Positions 1-13,330 of a stretch of 64,000 nt of DNA are shown piece by piece. The DNA lies in assembly GCF_006345805.1 (NCBI RefSeq), contig NC_042999.1, positions 98,952,001 to 99,016,000 of the forward strand, in the 5' to 3' direction. Below the pieces are notes generated by a model. That model had not been told where the DNA came from, did not search any database, and saw only the letters and a program-made list of their open reading frames with translations. Source of the stretch: Octopus sinensis. Its lineage: Eukaryota. Within the stretch, counting starts at the first letter, position 1. The number at the start of each line of letters is the position of its first letter. The translations under genes were made by a program, and so were the position numbers.

Positions 1-320
1 CAACTGTGAGGGAAAATCACTGAATCACCATCTGTGAGTTATCAGAGGATGTGCAGATTAGTTACAGTTCAGATTTGGGTATGAGATGTACAAAAACTGC
101 TTTCTGCTCAACTTTCTTTGACATGACCAATGCAACGATCACACGCTACGCACCTTCCTTCCAAGCACTACTGTAAACAGCAGAAATGAGCTAGAATGTT
201 AAAACTTAGTGCATATGCACAGTAGAGTTCAAGGCCAATCTGTGCCAAGTGGCCTCACTCTGTGTGCTTTAGCTTCATTACTATGGCAACAGACTGGATA
301 CTTATTGATTGGACCATGTA
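1..320 (+). mobile_element. Mariner transposon remnant (HTH fragment and right TIR)
   Basis: VRENH*ITICELSEDVQISYSS..DLGMR resembles the mariner HTH; ends cagactggatacttattgattggaccatgTA. Confidence 0.65.
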
Positions 321-806
321 TATATACGTGTGTGTGTGTATATATATATATATATACACACATACATATAGACATATATGTGTGAGTGTGTGTGTATGTG
401 TGTTTGTATGTCTATATATATTGCTTTTATATCATTCATCTCTGTAACTTTATTTACCTCCTCTTTCCAATCAACAGCCTTTACAATCTAAGCTAATCTG
501 TTTTGAATAACCAGTGTCTAATTATCATTCTCCAGGTACAAGCTAATAACAATTCAAATGCCTGCTTTCTTGTGATTTATTGTTTAGTGTGTACAACTGC
601 AATTACAACAGCAAACCTATTATTACGGAAGGGAATGACATAATATTTAAGCATACTTCTTGCTCTGTTGTTACTTGTCTAGGTTTACATTTTATTACAT
701 CTATGATTCTCTACTTTGGAGTCAGTGTTTCATGTAACCTCAGTATATCATTATTAATTAAAGCAAAACTAGAATTAATTAAATATAGTTAACATAGTAA
801 TAATGA

Positions 807-808
807 TG

Positions 809-842
<34 letters not shown>

Positions 843-867
843 GAAGAAGAAGAAGAAGAAGAAGAAA
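807..867. repeat. Representative microsatellite (AAT)n(AAG)n; dozens of (TA)n, (TG)n, (CATA)n, (CAT)n and (ATAG)n tracts occur throughout
   Basis: Directly visible, for example at 5001-5110, 17713-17815, 19358-19425, 28146-28224, 32698-32746 and 54470-54590. Confidence 0.98.
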
Positions 868-1990
868 TAATTAGGAAAGATATTACAGAAGAGTCAGGCT
901 GATATCAAACCTAAACATAACTCTCAAAATTTATTTGTACAGATAGTAGGTAAAAATATGCTGGCTATCCTAATTATACATTACAACTTCAACATTATAA
1001 ACTGGAAGATTAGTCAATAGAAAAACTTAGAAAAACAAGGAAGCTTCTGATAGTGTTCTGAAACCACCACTCAAAAGCTGATTTAGAATGACTATGCATA
1101 TCTTTCACACAAGGAAGGGAAGCAAGGTTTGAGACAGAAAGATAACTACTACAAAATAACAATTTGTAGAACTAGAAAAATATTTAGAACCAGGTAAAAG
1201 GAAGCTGATAAGTATAATAAAGAAACACGCAAAATAAACAACTTTTCCTGTATATATGGGAAAGAGAAAAATAGAAACAGTTAACTAACATCACTAAAAT
1301 AACAAATTTAGATAAGTCCAAAACAGCTGAAGGTATTAGAAAGAAAAAGAACAAAATCAAACGAATGTACCAAAACATATTGATGCAAAAATGGTTAGAA
1401 AACCACTCTGAGTCCAATATCTCACAATACTCCACAGTTTGGATGTAAGTGTAAGTAAAAGCCAACAATAGCTCAAAAGTTTTTGACTAAAAGCCTGAAA
1501 CTGAAAGTTTGATACTGGTTTTAGAAGACTAATGGCTTGATCACAAACAACTACAAAAATAAAATGGAAAAAGAAAGTGCAAAATTCAATTGTAGACTAT
1601 GGAACCCGTACATTGATTGTCTACATCTCCTTCCAGACTACCCAGTCGTTGTTAAGTTAAAATGTTTTTGCAGTTGATCAAGTTTGTGGCTTAGTCCAAT
1701 GGGTAATATGCCAACACTTCAATATTAAAATAGACAAGAAATTGTATAACCATGTACTAAACATGGTATTTGACAACAACCTAACTATAATCATCTTGGA
1801 TATGTCTGTTCAAATTACAAGGAGAGTAAAGCAAACTACCATTATTTCAACAAAATATTGTTGAAAAGGAAATGGAAAAACTACCAAATTAAAGGATATT
1901 GAAAGTAAAATTAACAGGATATGAGTCATTGAAGTAAAAACAGTACCAGTAATAATTAAAAAATTTGAGCAAAATCATACGAGCCACACC
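868..1990 (+). mobile_element. Decayed R4/Dong-like non-LTR retrotransposon 3' half
   Basis: Broken translation MLAILIIHYNFNIINWK...AYLSHKEGKQGL and DQVCGLVQWVICQHFNIKIDKKLYNH...IILDMSVQ, resembling the R4 post-RT and restriction-like endonuclease regions. Preceded by (AAT)n(AAG)n. Confidence 0.7.
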
Positions 1991-2330
1991 TAGTTTCACA
2001 ATATTAGAATATTACCTTCAGAGCAGAAAATTACTTTACTAGGTGCAGTTCATATCCTGTGCAGAGCACTTTTAATTCAATAGTACAACTCATACAACAC
2101 ACCCTCTGCACATAAAACATTCTGTGCAATAAGCACCTAATAAAATAAATCAACTAAAGCTGCACATATCAAACATAATCATTACCCAACAAAATGAAAC
2201 AGCATTGTCCTATATCACTGATAACTGGCACTATGCTGCTGATAATTCACACAACTGTCATTCTCACACAACCTCTGTACATTAATGCTACATAAACCGT
2301 GCATGATATAGTGTGCATGATAATAATAAT

Positions 2331-2548
2331 AATGGTTTAAAATTTTGTCACAAGGGCAGCAGTTTTGGGGGAGGGGATGGGTTGATTACATCAACCCCAG
2401 TGTTAAACTGGTTCTTTTTTAATCGACCCCCAAAAGGATGAAAGGTAAAGTTGACCTCAGTGGAATTTAAGCTCAGAATGTAGCAATGGGCAAAATACCG
2501 TTAAGTATTCTGTTCAGCACGCTAATGATTTTGCCAGCTCACCACCTT
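2331..2548 (-). mobile_element. SINE family B, (AAT)n-tail variant (also about 3135-3345, 3661-3880, 25035-25250(+), 48020-48240(+), 61825-61945(+))
   Basis: Same head and core, with a different 3' end (ggccttgtgccaaaatttgaaaccattatt). TSD-like tgcatga.aataataataa at this copy. Confidence 0.88.
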
Positions 2549-2595
2549 GCATGACAATAATAATAACAACAACAACAACAACAACAACAATAATA

Positions 2596-3130
2596 GGCAT
2601 TCATGGCTTCTGATCTTAACTGATTGGAAGTGTTATAATGTACATTGTTTTGTTTTGGTATAAAAATGGGCTACAGCAAATATTCTGCTCAATTCCACAG
2701 ATTTGCTTGTCAGTTGTTTGACCTTAACCAATTGAGCATGTCCCTTAGTAGCTGACGATATGTGCATCTCTGATCACTAGCAGAAGTGGTGAGGGAGCAT
2801 CATAGCCATGTGTTGAGAGGAATTCTTTGGGGTTTTGATAATTCAACTCTAGAAACATGGGTATTTAGTTCAACATCCTTAAACAACCCTTATTCAGGGA
2901 CCTTTTGAGCGGGATGGGTTACTCAACCAGAAGAAAATTTTAACTGGGCTCCACCTGCAAGGTTATGTGCAATTTATCTTGATATGAGATCAGCATGTCG
3001 CGCACATATGGTTGTGATGCATGTGCCTGGTGTACCCTTATCAGATGGGTAGTCATGGTGGGTATACTGGGCTTCATATATTTTACTATCACTTTGATGG
3101 CATGCACTGCTCTCTCACTCAATAATAATA
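2596..3130. repeat. Dispersed about 530-bp element between (AAC/AAT)n tracts, family unassigned
   Basis: Higher GC than its flanks, bounded by trinucleotide tracts, with no coherent ORF. Confidence 0.5.
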
Positions 3131-3378
3131 TAATGATAATGATTTCAAATTTTAACACAAGACCTGCAGTTTTGAGGGTGAAGGTAAGTCAATTACATCA
3201 GCCTCAGTGCTCAACTGGTACCTATTTCATTTACTCCAAAAGAATGAATGGTAAAGTTGACCTCAGTGGGATATGAACTCAGAATGTACAGATAGACAAA
3301 ATGCCACTAAGCATTTTGCACAGTATGTTAATGTTTCTGCTAGCAAAAATTTAGTTTAAAAACTGTAAAGGTTGTGTC

Positions 3379-3625
3379 TAATAATAATTGGTGCTTCGGG
3401 AACTGTAAGTAAAGATAGACAAATGGTTGAAGGAGATTGGAATAGAATGTCCTGTAGAGCTTGTGCTGAAAGTTTGCCTCTTAGGGACAGGAAAGATTAC
3501 CAGGAGGATCTTAAGCACTTGAAAGACTATTGAAAGCTTGTGGATTCCTAAAGTTACAGATAGTAACCTGCTACTCACATAAATTCTACGAGGATTAAGA
3601 ATAAACCTGAGTCAAATAAATAATT

Positions 3626-3630
<5 letters not shown>
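3379..3630 (+). mobile_element. R4/Dong-like element extreme 3' end
   Basis: IIIGASGTVSK..KWLKEIGIECPVELVLKVCLLGTGKITRRILST*, typical of the R4 C-terminus. Flanked by TAA repeats on both sides. Confidence 0.7.
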
Positions 3631-3663
<33 letters not shown>

Positions 3664-6299
3664 CCTTTCTAGTGAAAGCACAAGGCCTAAAAATTAGGAG
3701 GAGGGTACTAGTCGATTACATCGATCCCAGTGTTTTATTGGTACTTAATTTATTGATCCCAAAAGGATGAAAAGCAAAGTCAACCTTGGTAGAATTTCAA
3801 CTCAGAATGTAGCAATGAGCGAAATACCACTAAGCATTTTGTCCAGTGTGACTGACGCTGCCTGCTCACTGCCTTTTCTCTGCCAGCTTGTCACATTACT
3901 CTGCTAGCTCGCTGCCTTAAGAAGAAGAATGATAATTTCTAAATTAGTCACAAGGCCATCCATTTTGAGGAAAAGGGTTAGTCAGTATTATTGCCCCCTG
4001 AATGATTCAGCACAGAATGTAAAAAGCAGGAACAAATATCACCAGGCATTTTTTCTAACTTGCTTATGATCCTGCCAATCCAACACCCTCAAATACTACT
4101 ACACTTCTGCCGCTGCTACTGCTGCCACCGCCCTCACAACCACCACTGCTACTACTGCCCTCACTTCTACTACTGATGATGATGATGGTGATGATGATTT
4201 CTATAAATACCTAGGCATGGATGATAGTATAAGTGTGTTGTTTGAAGGCTGTGCCAAAGCAATGAGAAATGAATATTTGAGTGTCAAAATATTTTCAAAA
4301 ATCCATTTCGGTCGCAAGGCAACCATGTGTACCATGAAGACATTTGCAGTGTCAGCCATAACAGATGGTTCTGTAATGTTGGGTTGGAGCACGTCTAGAT
4401 TCTATAGACTGTAATATTAAAAATCTATTTAAATAAAATATCATATACCACATAGTAATCCTGACATCCAGTGACTATACATCCTTCAAAAGAGGTGGGT
4501 AGGCGTCTATTGAGTTTCAAGAAGCAGTTTCAGAAGATAGTTATTAATGTTGCCTCCTACCTTTCTGATAAATGTGAAATCCTGCTACAAAGCCTTGTTG
4601 ACTATGACCATACAGCACATAGTGGATTTATTATCTACAGAGCAAGAAAATTCTTCTAAGAAATTGGATTAGGTTTCAAACTATTAATTTCTAAATTGAT
4701 TATTAGCAGTAAAAAAGCTGATATGCTGTTGGTATACAAAATGACTTGGTGAACAATCATGAAAGTGTGCTTTTACTTTGCCAATAACTTTGTGGACTGA
4801 ATATAAGACTTGACTTGGAAGAAAAAAAATCCAGATTGAATGAGATAGCAAAAGGAACAATATTCATCATGAAGGAACACCCTATCTCCACAAGATATAA
4901 TGAAAGAAATGTTTAGATGATAAATAGCAACTGTGTTGTGCATTTGCTGATCTTGTGATTGTGAATGCAGCACCCTAACCACTAGGCTGTGCACCCTCAC
5001 CATCCATCCATCCATCCATCCATCCATACATACATACATACATAATACATACATACATACATACATACTACATACATACATACATACATACATATATACA
5101 TACATACATACATGCGTACACACATACACACATACATATACAGACATGACTACATGGTTATGAAGTTCACTTTGTATCAACATGGTTTTGATTTGGTTCC
5201 ACGTTGTGGCACACGAAGCAAATGTTTACTACCTGAGCCAACCAAATCCCTACCATCACCCATCTTTATTGTCATCAGTCACACTTTCCCTACATTACTC
5301 TGTCTGGTGCCTGTCACTCATTATTGACAAACATCACCCTCATTTCTCTTCCAGCTTTCTGTATTCCAGTCTTTCTCTCTTCCTTCGTCACACTGCTCAT
5401 GCTGTTCTTCTTTCCAACCACCTTACTGGTAAATAACATATAGCTGTCATTACTGCTTTCCCCCCATTATTTTCTCTGCTACTATTCTTTTGCCCCTGTC
5501 ACTTGTTTCCCTATATACTTTTTCTTCTTTCATTCTCTCACTCTGGTTATCTTTTTGTCATCTCTCTCTCTTCTCTTCTTCTCTCAGTCACATTGCCTTG
5601 AATGAATAGTGATGAATAGTGATCACTGTTTAGTCTTACATGGCCAGAGTAACTTCAGTTGTTCTGATTCTACTATAAAATTCACCTAGTAATTCTTAAA
5701 AATTTTTGGTAAAAAAACAGATACAGCATAAGATTGAAAAGATCCTCTTTGCCTTGCTGTGGACATGTCAACCTTTCTAGTGATGAGGTCATCATAAAAT
5801 GCTACCAGTGCTCTCTGTAATGTGGTAGACATTAGGAGAGTATCCAGCTCTAGAAACATGCCAAATGAATTGTGGTCTTAAACCTAATTATAATGGCGTT
5901 AACTTCAAATAAGAACTGACATAGGTTGTGGTGATCCATCCAACTCACTCCGTCATAAAATATGGATGTAAAATGATGATGAGGACACTAGAAATGGATT
6001 TTGAGATGGCTACAACAGATTACAGCTGAAAAAGGCAGTCATTTTGATATGTATTGGAAGGGAAGACCTTTGTGAAATTTATTATACACTAAATGACAAG
6101 AAATTAATTTTTTTGAGCACAAAAAGACTTAACTAACATTCTATTTTAGCCCACAAAAAATTTTGACTTCTGATAGCTGCATGGTCTGGTTTATTTCAGC
6201 CTTAGATAAAGAGTCTTTGTTTTGTTAATTTCTTAGCTGAAAACAAATACAAGAACATGTGATTTTGATAAGTGTGATACTGATACTGCAATAGTAGAT

Positions 6300-8900
6300 A
6301 ATTTCATTAAGAAGATAAATTACTCTGTGAAAATAAAGCTGCTGTAGTCACCCAGCATTATACCTAAGAAGTTGACAGCATTCGTGCAGGTAACCCAGCA
6401 GCAACCAAAATGCACAGAAGAAAGTTTATCTATCACCTATAATGAAGAAAATATTGATTATATCAAATATATCAGGCAATCATATACTAATGATTATAGA
6501 AAGAAATAGTTCTTCTATGCGTGTCGTTTCAAATTTCATATCTTTTCTGATCCAATATATCTGGTGAAGAGGAAAATCTGCATCTCATGGAAGATGTCAG
6601 CCTTTTTGCAAATATATGCAAATCAAAAAGCTGCTTTTTTTCACAACTTTGGTAATACTTTATCACTTCTGCTTACACTAAAACATGAAGAGCAATTACA
6701 TTAAGTTACATGGATAAACACTGTCAGTCAATAATGATGAATTTATATTTTAGACCAAGGGTGATTATCAACTAAAACAACATCAACAAATAAAAGTCAA
6801 TAAATTAGTCACATCATTCGCTATCGATTCTAGAGCAACATGTAATTTAATTGATAAAGCCGTATTTAATAAAATCAAGTTTAATTAAATCCTGAAACAA
6901 TTATTCAATCATGCAAAATGAAAATATTTACCATAGGCTCAACTGCTTTTCTAGATTTACTTGGGGGTCATTCAGGCTGCACTTGAAATTGACTCAATTC
7001 TCTACCTTTATAGAATATTTGTTACCATATCTATGACTGGTGATTGTTTATTGGGATGTGAGACAGCTTCATCCTTTGACTTAAAGGAAGCTCTATAAAT
7101 AATCTAACAACAACAACAATGGGTGATTTATTTTAATTACTAAATAATTTGCTGAAGGCAGTGATAATTTAAAAGACTTTATGTTAAAATAATTAATCAG
7201 ATATAAAATCTATAATACAACCTTTGAGAAAAATATCTTTTCAAGTAAAGAAACAAGTAGAGATCTTATGGTAAAAGCTCTAAAACATGGGTCTTGCTGT
7301 TGATTGTAGTACAAAAAAAAATCATAAAACAAAAAGAGAAATAAGATGGCTACATTTGTTTGTTTGGGGAACTATGTAGAGTAGTTAAAGCTATCCAAAG
7401 GAGATATCTAATACCTACTCATGATATGATAAGGTACTGGAAAATTTTTATCGATCATGCTTCTTTTCAAAACTGGATATTAATAAGAGCTGTTATAAGG
7501 TAGAGTCAGGGCTTTAGTCATGTCATATAACAACATTTGCTTCTTCCAGTAGGCTGTATTAGCATAACTGTTTGGTTCTTGGAATTTCTACAGCATTTGA
7601 AGTTTTTCAAAAAGTCATTAGCAGTCTTTTCAATTCTGAACTTAATATAAGTAATATTGCTGATGAGATTCTAGCAGATTAAAAAAAGATATGACACTAA
7701 ATCAATGTTTAATGATATTGTGTAAATAGCCTGACATTAAATTACAAGAAGTGTGTTTTCGGCATTAAAATATTTTGGCTTCATTGTTATGAATGAGAGA
7801 TTTAAACTGTCAGGGAATAATATTTAAATGTCCCAGAACCCCAATTGAATTAAGAAATGTTTTCTTGGTTGCATCAGGTAACATGTAAACTATTAAGACA
7901 AATTATACTATGGAAATAGAAACTGGAAAGATGGAGACAGAGAGAGAGAGAGAGGAAGAGAAAGACAGAGGGCAGAGAAGGGACTTCAGAGAGCTGTTGA
8001 ACAAGAGAAAATATTTCTGGAATTAAGATTGTGCAACACATCATATATAATATTATCATACTTTAATACCAAACCGAATGCTTCCATTGATGTTAACACC
8101 AGTCCTGTTGGATTTTGCACTGTACCAGTACAACATGATTCCCAAGGCAAATGTCAATTTCCTATGCATACAAAACACTTTTAACAACTTTTGTCCAAAT
8201 GTGATGTGGGCGAGTAGAAATTTCCACACATATCTATACAGTAGGCTATTGACAAACATCTTTAGTGAGCCTCAATTGCTATAAATATTATTTAGTGCAT
8301 AGATGGAGTGTTTGCCAAGAATATTTCACTGGTGACTTAGATTGATGTCCTACAATTACAAACTGCAGTCCATAAAAAGCGTCAGCTGCATTGTTACATC
8401 AGCCAATACCAACAATAGAGTATGTTGATGAGGATGTCTATTGTGAATGATATGTAAATTTTGTAATTGCAAATGCTTTTCCTAAAGCTATGACCTTATC
8501 TAATTTGTTAAAGCATTCAAAGGAAAACTCATCTACAGAAGTATTTCAAAATGATAAATGAAAAATTTCAGCTGTTTGAATTTATCTGCTTATAGGACAA
8601 GAGCTTATAGAGGAATAAGGTATCGTTCTATGAGGAGATCAAATCTTCATTACTTTTGCATTAAGAACATGAGTATCATTTTGAATTAAAGGGGGAAAAA
8701 AAAAAAAAGCAACATCTGAGAAGTAAAGTATGGTAGCCCAACTTCGTCAGAATTATAGAGTTGGAAATTAGAAATTGTTTGATATGTGTGTGTCATTTGA
8801 ACCATCTAAACCTTTAATAATGTGGTAGCAGTGCCTGTTTCACACAGTCTGTTTGAGATTTCAGGGGATCAGAACCATTAAACATGGTTACCCATTCAAT
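6300..8900 (+). mobile_element. Highly decayed Ty3/Gypsy LTR-retrotransposon pol region
   Basis: Protease-like FAIDSRATCNLIDK (about 6817-6860); RT-like DISNTY (about 7400) and KCVFGIK (about 7750); RNase H-like IDVNTSPVGFCTV and VMWASRNFHTYLYSR (8080-8250), in Gypsy order. LTRs were not recognised. Confidence 0.7.
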
Positions 8901-9377
8901 GAAAAAAGTTTGTTTATTCATCTGAAGAAGGCTTCTTAGAAGTAAAAGATCTCTTGCAACAATGGCTTTGTTCTAGATAAACACTTTACTTTAAAAGCAC
9001 ATTACTGGATGTATTATTACCACAAGGCATTTTTACTATATAAGAACAACAACCATAGAGAAAATTGAAATAATGATAATAACAATGATTTTTTTATTTA
9101 ATAATGATATTAAAGGTTTCTACATTTTTCGCATACAGGCTAATTATGACAAAAGATATATTCAACTAATATTGCCTGGAATACTTTTGGTTAGCTTTGT
9201 TGTAATTTGTAATGTGATGTGCAGCTGACCTGTCCAACCCATTTGTAAAGTAGACAGTAAATCATTACTATAGCCACAAGCGATAATAATGGTACAATGA
9301 TGTAAATGCTACTTACTTAAAGTTATCCAACTCAAGAATGTGTGTGGATTCCACTCCAAGACAAAAATGTTTCATGA

Positions 9378-9547
9378 GTGTAGGAGTGGCTGTGTGGTAA
9401 GTAGTTTGCTTACGAACCACATGGTTCCGGGTTCAGTTCCACTGCATGGCACCTTTGGCAAGTGTCTTCTACTATAGCCTCAGGCCGACCAAAGTCTTGT
9501 GAGTGGATTTGGTAGACAGAAACTGAAAGAAGCCCATTGTATATATG

Positions 9548-9593
<46 letters not shown>

Positions 9594-9800
9594 TGTGTCT
9601 GTGTTTGTCCCCCAACATCACTTGACAACCGATGGTGGTGTGTTTATGTCCTCGTAACTTAGCGGTTTGGCAAAAAAGACCGATAAAATAAGTACTAGGC
9701 TTACAAAGAATAACTCCTGGGGTTGATTTGCTTGACTAAAGGCAGTGATCGAGCATGGCTACAGTCAAATGACTGAATCAAATAAAAGAATAAAAGAATA
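9378..9800 (+). mobile_element. SINE family A (tRNA-derived head, central (TA)n(TG)n, (AAAAG[A/T])n tail)
   Basis: Head gtggctgtgtggtaag...ggttccgggttcagt (A/B boxes), ccttgggcaagtgtcttct, and tail gactgaaacaagtaaaag, repeated throughout the window. Confidence 0.9.
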
Positions 9801-10495
9801 TTGTTTAATAAGCTTTCAACTTCCGTTTCCCTTTTCATCTTTTTGTATTCCTCACTCTCATCATACCCAACACATCAAAGTAATCTTGAACTGAATTACC
9901 AAGTGAGTGACTACATAGCGTCCAAACTGCAAGAAATAGTTACCAAACTTCTTGAAATCACTTTCTGCTTTCATTTTTTTTTTTTGTTTATATAAATGAA
10001 GGAAATATTGTAAAATGTTATAGTCTAGATACACTATATCTAGGAAATAAATGAGGAAAATAAAAGACAGAATCAATCACAGGTGAAACTCTTTTGATCA
10101 TTGGTTTGCTTTAAAGGCTGGCCTGGTGTTAAACAACAGCAGCAACAAAATAATCTTAAAACCTGGTGAATTGTAACGGAGTTTCACAAATTAAATTTTA
10201 TTTGAAACAAATATTTGTAAGTAATGGTACCTAAAGACAATCAGAACAGGGGATTTATTTTGCAAAAAAAAAAAAAAAATCTTCAAGATAAGTAAAATGC
10301 CAGAAAAGCACAAAATTATAGTTTATTTAAATAGCTTTGTTTATCTGGTTTAATATCTGATCTATAAAGTTTGTTCTGTCCAAAAAATGTTTGTACTCCT
10401 TATAAGTATATTTATATATAGCAGTTTATCTCCATACGATACATATTTCAGTAATTGTGTATATTTATTTATAAAAATGAAATAAAAAATTAATA

Positions 10496-10631
10496 AGGCG
10501 TAGTGATGGCTGTGTGGTAAGTAGCTTGCTTATGAACCACATGGTTCCGGGTTCAGTCCCACTATAGCCTCGGGCTAACCAAAGCCTTGTGAGTGGATTT
10601 GGTAGATGGAAACTGAAAGAAGCCTGTCATA

Positions 10632-10674
<43 letters not shown>

Positions 10675-10860
10675 ATATGTTTGTGTGTCTGTGTTTGTCC
10701 CTCCAACATCGCTTGACAACCGATGCTGGTGTGTTTATGTCCCCATAACTTAGCGGTTCAGCAAAAGAGACCAATAGAATAAGTACTAGGCTTCAAAAGA
10801 ATAAAGCGGTGCTCTGGCATGGCCATAGTCAAATGACTGAAACAAGTAAAAGAGTAAAAG
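10496..10860 (+). mobile_element. SINE family A (internal deletion)
   Basis: Same head and tail as 9378-9800. Confidence 0.9.
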
Positions 10861-11189
10861 CTAACAAAATAAGAAAATCACAGCCATCACTCAAAAGCGA
10901 GTATTACTTAGTAGCATGTACTATGTTTTGCTAACATTTTCATGTACCTCAGTAGTTGTGTGGACACCTTACTCAACCCTCCTACCCTTGACCTTGCTGA
11001 CCACCTAAAATGTGTCAGCAGAAAGGAGAAAGGGTTGACTGCAAAACTCTAAGCTGATACTCACCTGATTGGAGTGAAGCACGTGACATGAAGTGCCTTG
11101 CTCAAGGACACACTGTACCGCAATAGTAAGCTATGTACCTTCATAACTGTTCATTAAGTATTTCCTTTCTTCTTTTTTTCAAAAAGAAT

Positions 11190-13330
11190 TAGGTATATCT
11201 TTGAAAATATGTATAATAATACTCCAGTTTAATAAATGCTATGCAACTATGTTAGCTGATCTTAATGTTGTTACTTTCTTGTATGTTTCTACGTCTATCT
11301 TAATAGATAATCTGTCCAAGTCATTACATAAGTGGTTGTGCATCGCTCCAATTATGCCACTTACAAATGAGATAATGGACACATTCTTTAACTGCTTTAA
11401 CGTTCCTAATTCAACATCTAAGTCATTGTTATTTGTTAGCTTTTCAGTGCACTTCCATACAACTCCATTATTATTTGGTATTACTGTGTTGATTATTAAT
11501 ACACTATTGTCATTTCTGTCATGGAAAACAATGTCAGGCTGTTATGTGTTGGTCTTTCTCTACTAAAGTTCTATAGTATCTCTTCATTGTCATTTTCTAA
11601 GACAGTTGGAGATTCACATGAATAACAAAACCTTTTCTCTGAATAGGTGAAACTAAGTTGTCAGGTTCATATAGTGCAGCTTCACTATGTTATTGTTTTC
11701 AAGTACATTTCTTGAGAGCTTAATGTTGGAAACCCTGAGGCAATGTGATATATTCTTTCAGAAAACACACCATGTAGGAATTGTAGATAATGCTTTCGAC
11801 ATGTCTTCCAGTGATGGCTTGCACCTGAATGATGAATATTATCGCTTCTGCTGTTTCATTTACATCAAGGCATGCATCAGGTTTTTATTCCTGTACAGGG
11901 CACTCTGTTTGCAAAGGAGACGATGGACATTTTTTAACTTTCTACTTCCATCTCTTTTTTGAGCTCCTTGCTTTCTATGCCCTCATTACACTGTCACATC
12001 AAAAAACATTAAGTGTATGCCTATTCAGCAGTGGCTGACTATATTGCGGTCATCACAAATGAAGACTGTTGTCATGTGGAGTTGATGCTTTCTTCTTTTT
12101 GCTAACCCTCACCATCTTCTACTTTTTTCATCCTACCCTTCACTGCACGTCTCCAGGTAACACTGCTTGATGCTATGTCCTTATCCTCCCATAACTCTAT
12201 TTCAATCCATACAGAACAGATGTCTGTTTATACTTATCTTTATATCTCAAGTAAGGGTGGCCTGTTCAGCACAACCCACATTCTATCTTGGGGATCTTCC
12301 ATTTGTGTGATACCTTGTGCAGGTCTGACACAAGTACTGATCTTTATTGTTTAATGACCTCAGGTAAGATAGCATAATTTCCTGGTTCTTTACTATTGTT
12401 GAGAGCATTGATGGCTTTACTAGATATTCCATGGTTGGTCCAATGTCAAGCTTCTCAATTACTGGTAATATTAAGATGCTGATGAGGGCTTCAACAGACT
12501 GAATTCTCTATAGAGAGAAGTTATGACTGATGCTCCACTCCATCTACATTTTTATAACTTTAATGTAGTTAGTAATGACCTCTCTAGATTTTGATTGTAA
12601 GGAAGCTGTTTCTTACATGGTTTGCCTAATGGTTTATCTGATAACTTCACACCCTAATATTGCTACTGGAAGAGATATGTTCAGAGAAGAGCTTAACTGT
12701 AATCAATATTTGTTAACACACTTTTTGTCTCTCATTTGAGAATAACTCCTAGATATCTTTAAGTTTTGCTGGGTTATGTCTTCCTTTCATTTTCTGAGAG
12801 CTTGTCTTTTGGTATGTAGGTTCTTTGGAAGTTAGCTTCATACCTTTATTATTAAATTCTGTAATACTAGACTTGTAAATGATGGAACTAAGATGGCAGT
12901 ATTTAACTTCTGCAGATAGATCGGTGTCCTTTGGGGAAATATCTTTGATGAGAGAAATGATCTTGTTTCTACCTGTGTCATTTTAACAAACTGTGAGGAT
13001 CCACTGACTTGCTCAATGAAACATTTTACTTGGTTATCTTATAATTTGATGATAATGAGAGAGCATTCAGAGTTACAGTTAGCTCTGTGGTAGCTTCATG
13101 TGTTATAAAATTTGGGCAAAGTTTGGAAAAAACAAATCCATTTTTTGTCACTGATGTAATCTTGGATGCACCCATGAAAGTCTGTGCCTGTACTTCAGTA
13201 ATCATTTACTTGACTTAATTTTCTTTCTAGTATCAGATATTGTTCTCACTGGAGACATTGCAAGCTTTATTGTTTTGGCAATGTTGAATTTTTCTCTCAC
13301 ATGAAACCTTTGTTAAACATCAATTTTGGT
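11190..13330 (-). mobile_element. Decayed R4/Dong-like non-LTR retrotransposon
   Basis: The antisense of ORF 11201-11566 reads DRNDNSVLIINTVIPNNNGVVWKCTEKLTNNNDLDVELGTLKQLKNVSIISFVSGIIGA, resembling the R4 restriction-like endonuclease C-terminus. The upstream boundary is approximate. Confidence 0.6.

Noticed and set aside
4201-4414. Overlapping non-repetitive 63-65 aa ORFs
   Set aside because: No recognisable motif and no convincing splice sites.
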